Source: Limisphaerales bacterium (lineage in GTDB: Bacteria > Verrucomicrobiota > Verrucomicrobiia > Limisphaerales > BOG-1460). From it: 49,992 nucleotides of DNA. Under the pieces are notes generated by a model. It did not search any database. It was not told the DNA's origin and was given only the letters and a program-made list of their open reading frames with translations. Shown one piece after another: positions 46,809 through 49,992 of the stretch. The number at the start of each line of letters is the position of its first letter. Positions within the stretch are counted from its first letter, which is position 1. Location: contig PLQC01000040.1 in the NCBI GenBank assembly GCA_003159675.1, positions 34,087 to 84,078 of the forward strand, written 5' to 3'. The translations under genes were made by a program, and so were the position numbers.

Positions 46809-47732
46809 TCACTTTTTGCTCCGGAAAAGCGTTTTTGACAACACTTGCATGTCCGGCAAACGGACCAGACTTTTCAAACCACCGCAACGATAGCGCATCA
46901 GCGGAATGACACATAAGGCACCCAACAAAATCTTTATTCGAGGGATCCGGTTTGCGCGAACCACCGCATCCCACGATGAATACCACTCGTTAAGCATTCT
47001 TTCTACATTCGAGGATAATTGGCCAGAATGTTGGCGAATATAACAAACCATTTCAGGGATCCCGCGGCTTCGCCCTATGAGGCTTAATCGCAAAAACCAT
47101 TCTGAATCTGCAGAATTGAGCAGGTTTGTGTTTAACTGTCCAGCCTGCTTGTGAATCTCACTGCGCCAAAATGTGGCGGGCTGGCATGGGTTGCTGCGTG
47201 CGTAAAGACATACATGCCGAAGGTTTTTGCTTGCCATTGGAAGCATTCTTCCCACCTTGCCTTCTTCACTTAAGCGGCAAGGTCGGCCAAAAATAAAATC
47301 AGCTTGATATGCTCCGAGGTAGTGATTCGCCGTAAGAAGTGCCGAGGGGGCGTATAGGTCGCTGGCGGGAAGCCACGCTCGGATATTGCCTGTGGCCTGG
47401 GAAAAGCCCTTGTTAACGGCATCCGCGTATCCCCGGTCTTTCTCACTGATCCAATAGGTAATCCATTTTTCATATTTCCGGATTATTTCCAACGAACCAT
47501 CCGTGCTGCCGCCATCAATAATAATGTATTCCAGATCCGGATATCCTTGCAGGAGAACCGAGCGCATGGTCTCTTCCAAAAAATGGATGCTATTGAATGA
47601 GGGCGTGACGATGGTTATGCGGGCATGAAACCCCGCCGGCTTTTCAGAAGCAACCGGGGTCTCCTCGGTCCACGGCCAGCCGGTTTTTCCCGGAGGTGGC
47701 GACGGCAGTTCTTTCAGGGTTGGGCACCGCAT
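46809..47732 (-). CDS. GT2 glycosyltransferase
   Basis: IVTPSFN, IDGGSTDGS, SEKDRG..DAVNKG. Confidence 0.92.
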   Translation of the reverse strand: MRCPTLKELPSPPPGKTGWPWTEETPVASEKPAGFHARITIVTPSFNSIHFLEETMRSVLLQGYPDLEYIIIDGGSTDGSLEIIRKYEKWITYWISEKDRGYADAVNKGFSQATGNIRAWLPASDLYAPSALLTANHYLGAYQADFIFGRPCRLSEEGKVGRMLPMASKNLRHVCLYARSNPCQPATFWRSEIHKQAGQLNTNLLNSADSEWFLRLSLIGRSRGIPEMVCYIRQHSGQLSSNVERMLNEWYSSWDAVVRANRIPRIKILLGALCVIPLMRYRCGGLKSLVRLPDMQVLSKTLFRSKK

Positions 47733-47735
47733 AAT

Positions 47736-49061
47736 TTATTGTGGGTCTGTTAAAATCGTTTGATACCAATCCAGATAATTTTTTGTCATGCGTTCCACGC
47801 TGAACTCCTCCCGCGCCCGCTCAAGCGCTCGCCGCCCAAGCTCGTTGCGGAGCGGACGGTCGTTGACGAGCATTTGAATCCGCCCAGCCATCTGAACGGC
47901 GTCTCCAACCGCAACGAGAAATCCATTCTGACCATCGGCAACCTGGTCGGGAATCCCGCCCACATCGCTGGCTACCACAGGCAGCCCGCAGGCCATTGCC
48001 TCAGTGATGCTCAGGCCCCAGACCTCCGCCCGGCTGGCGTGAACATAGATGTCGGCGGCGTGGTAATACCTGGCCACAGCGGTGCGGTCGCCCAAATGCG
48101 GCACAAACCGCAATTCCGCATGGCCGAGGCGTTCCGTGAAACCTTCTTCGCCCAAGGCCACAAAAACCAATAATTTTGCTCCGGAGCGCGCGCCCAGAAT
48201 TTCCAATGCCTTGCGCATTGTGCCATAGTCCTTCGCGGTATTGCTGCGGATTCCCTTTGAAGCGAACAGCAGGATGGTCGCCTCATCCGGCAATCCCAAC
48301 TCCATGCGCGCCTGCGCGCGACCGCCCGGCTTGAAGACGGAAAGGTCAACGCCGTGGTTTATGATGCGGGCGGAGGCGATGGCCGGAGCCAGCATGGAGT
48401 CTTTCAGTTTGTTCATCAGCCAGCGACAGGGCGCGGCGATGTGCAGCCTGCTCTGGGCGTAGATTTTTCGTTTGCGTTGCCAGTTGTAAGCCGTGGCGTC
48501 CCGGCGGATTTCCGGATAAATGGTCAAATCGGGACATGCTCCGCAGCCGGTGCGCCAGCGCTCGCAATCGAAGGAATGGGAACAGTGGCCGCTGGTCATC
48601 CAGGCGTCATGCAAGGTCACCACGGTGGGGATCTGCCGACTCAACCACGGGAGCGCCCGCAGATCGAAAAACGCTCCGTGCAGATTGTGCAAATGGACGA
48701 GATCGGGTTTCTCCGGCGCGTCCTCCAGCAAATGCCAGGTGCCGGGAAAATCAAAATCTTCGTGCCCAAGCATCACTCGGAAGGAGCTCCAAGGGCGGCC
48801 CACGGCCCGCGCCAGTCGGTTGCCACCCCAAGGACGGATGAAACGATTACAACATTGCGCCCAAAAGTGGCGATGGGTCTCGTTCCCGATGGCATACACC
48901 CGGTCATCGGCGCGGGTTTTCTGGCGAACGGCCAGCCAAGCGCGATGGCCTGCCGCGTTGATGCCTTCCATCAGATCAAAACCCAATTGTGCCGCGCCGC
49001 CGCCGTGATCCAGCGTGTTGACATGGAGAATTTTAAGTGGGCGCATGCTAACGGTGGGCAT
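47736..49061 (-). CDS. GT4 glycosyltransferase (WcaC-like)
   Basis: GGGAA, HLHNLHG, TLHDAW..SGHC, EAMACGLPVV. Confidence 0.92.
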   Translation of the reverse strand: MPTVSMRPLKILHVNTLDHGGGAAQLGFDLMEGINAAGHRAWLAVRQKTRADDRVYAIGNETHRHFWAQCCNRFIRPWGGNRLARAVGRPWSSFRVMLGHEDFDFPGTWHLLEDAPEKPDLVHLHNLHGAFFDLRALPWLSRQIPTVVTLHDAWMTSGHCSHSFDCERWRTGCGACPDLTIYPEIRRDATAYNWQRKRKIYAQSRLHIAAPCRWLMNKLKDSMLAPAIASARIINHGVDLSVFKPGGRAQARMELGLPDEATILLFASKGIRSNTAKDYGTMRKALEILGARSGAKLLVFVALGEEGFTERLGHAELRFVPHLGDRTAVARYYHAADIYVHASRAEVWGLSITEAMACGLPVVASDVGGIPDQVADGQNGFLVAVGDAVQMAGRIQMLVNDRPLRNELGRRALERAREEFSVERMTKNYLDWYQTILTDPQ

Positions 49062-49992
49062 TTGTAACTTCGCTCATGTTCGCAAAGATTGGTTCAAAAA
49101 GCGGGCGCAGCAACATTGCCCCGGCAACGGTGAGATGATCCTTGTCGCAATAGAGGGCTTTGCCACCCGACTCCACTCGGCACAGATTGTTGGTGCTCAC
49201 AAATAAATCAGTTGGATCAAGGACAGTAACCTGCGGAAATAATCTAGTTAGGCCTTGAAAAACCGGATCCTGATGTTGGAATTCAGCACGATATTCTGCA
49301 AGAGGCAAACCGAGTTTTTCGGGATCGTCGCCGTGCCAAATAGCAGAAGCTAGAGCATCCGGCACATTCCAACGTTGTATCGGAACGTCTCTCATGACCC
49401 ATATTCTGGTGCAAGAACCTTTGAGAATATCAAGCGTAGCAAGCAAACATCTGCGAAGTTGCCATGTTTCTTTCCCACCCCACCGCGCAACGAGAATTAC
49501 GTCTCTTACGCGCCTCTTGCGAATGAAGTCAACGACCGCATTGTTGTAAGGAATGCATTCTTCGCGCAAGGAGCTAGGATTGTTATCCTCAAAACCGACC
49601 AACGGAGTCGTTCCCGCATGCGTCGCCGCAACACCGCGGATGGCATGTTCCTCGCAAAGCGTATCGAAAACCGGCATCACGGCCATGGCATGACTGTCGC
49701 CCCACACAAGCAGTTTTATGGGTTGTTGTTTATTACTGGTTCGTAGTTCAAACAAATCTCCAGCCAGCGCTTGCTTCAAGCTTAACTCTTTTTTAAAGAC
49801 CAAATCGGGGCTTATGTTTGCATACCGCAGCGCGTCGGCGGGAAGCCTTGAAGGCAGTCCGTGAGATATGAAGACGGCCAACCCTGCGAATAGTAGCACG
49901 GCGGTGGTGACACCAGCGAAACTGAAGATTTGTGATCTGGTCTTCAGGATCACACGCTGCCGAAACGGCGTTTCCACAAATTTCCAGGACAA
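49048..49992 (-). CDS. Acyltransferase-SGNH fusion (OafA-like), C-terminal part; 5' end outside window
   Basis: SWKFVETPFR, WGDSHA and D.DHL motifs. Confidence 0.88.
   Translation of the reverse strand: MSWKFVETPFRQRVILKTRSQIFSFAGVTTAVLLFAGLAVFISHGLPSRLPADALRYANISPDLVFKKELSLKQALAGDLFELRTSNKQQPIKLLVWGDSHAMAVMPVFDTLCEEHAIRGVAATHAGTTPLVGFEDNNPSSLREECIPYNNAVVDFIRKRRVRDVILVARWGGKETWQLRRCLLATLDILKGSCTRIWVMRDVPIQRWNVPDALASAIWHGDDPEKLGLPLAEYRAEFQHQDPVFQGLTRLFPQVTVLDPTDLFVSTNNLCRVESGGKALYCDKDHLTVAGAMLLRPLFEPIFANMSEVTNAHR

Overview
Bacterial chromosomal window. The PEP-CTERM protein, an H-X9-DG fragment and the gene style suggest the PVC group, probably Verrucomicrobiota (inference). It has five parts. 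(1) The 5' part of an FN3/cadherin-like surface protein gene. (2) An ~8.6-kb element integrated in tRNA-Ala(GGC) with exact 50-bp att repeats; it encodes an integrase, excisionase, replication initiator, Nu1-like small terminase, LuxR-type HTH and HK97-type capsid, but no large terminase, portal or tail, so it looks like a phage satellite. (3) A housekeeping block (pta, hisC, argA, proA and others). (4) tRNA-fMet followed by an array of tRNA-3'-half repeats, each with an inserted palindrome, bracketing a small GIY-YIG nuclease gene, then a decayed toxin-antitoxin islet ending in a tRNA 5' half. (5) A large minus-strand surface-polysaccharide locus interrupted by a four-helix-bundle/TA cassette, with 7/8-mer repeat arrays and REP-like palindromes, some inserted in frame into genes. 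The best candidates for undescribed systems are the GIY-YIG/tRNA-fragment array, the four-helix-bundle/inverted short-repeat system and the TerS+capsid satellite. All protein calls come from motif recognition by eye; no searches were run.
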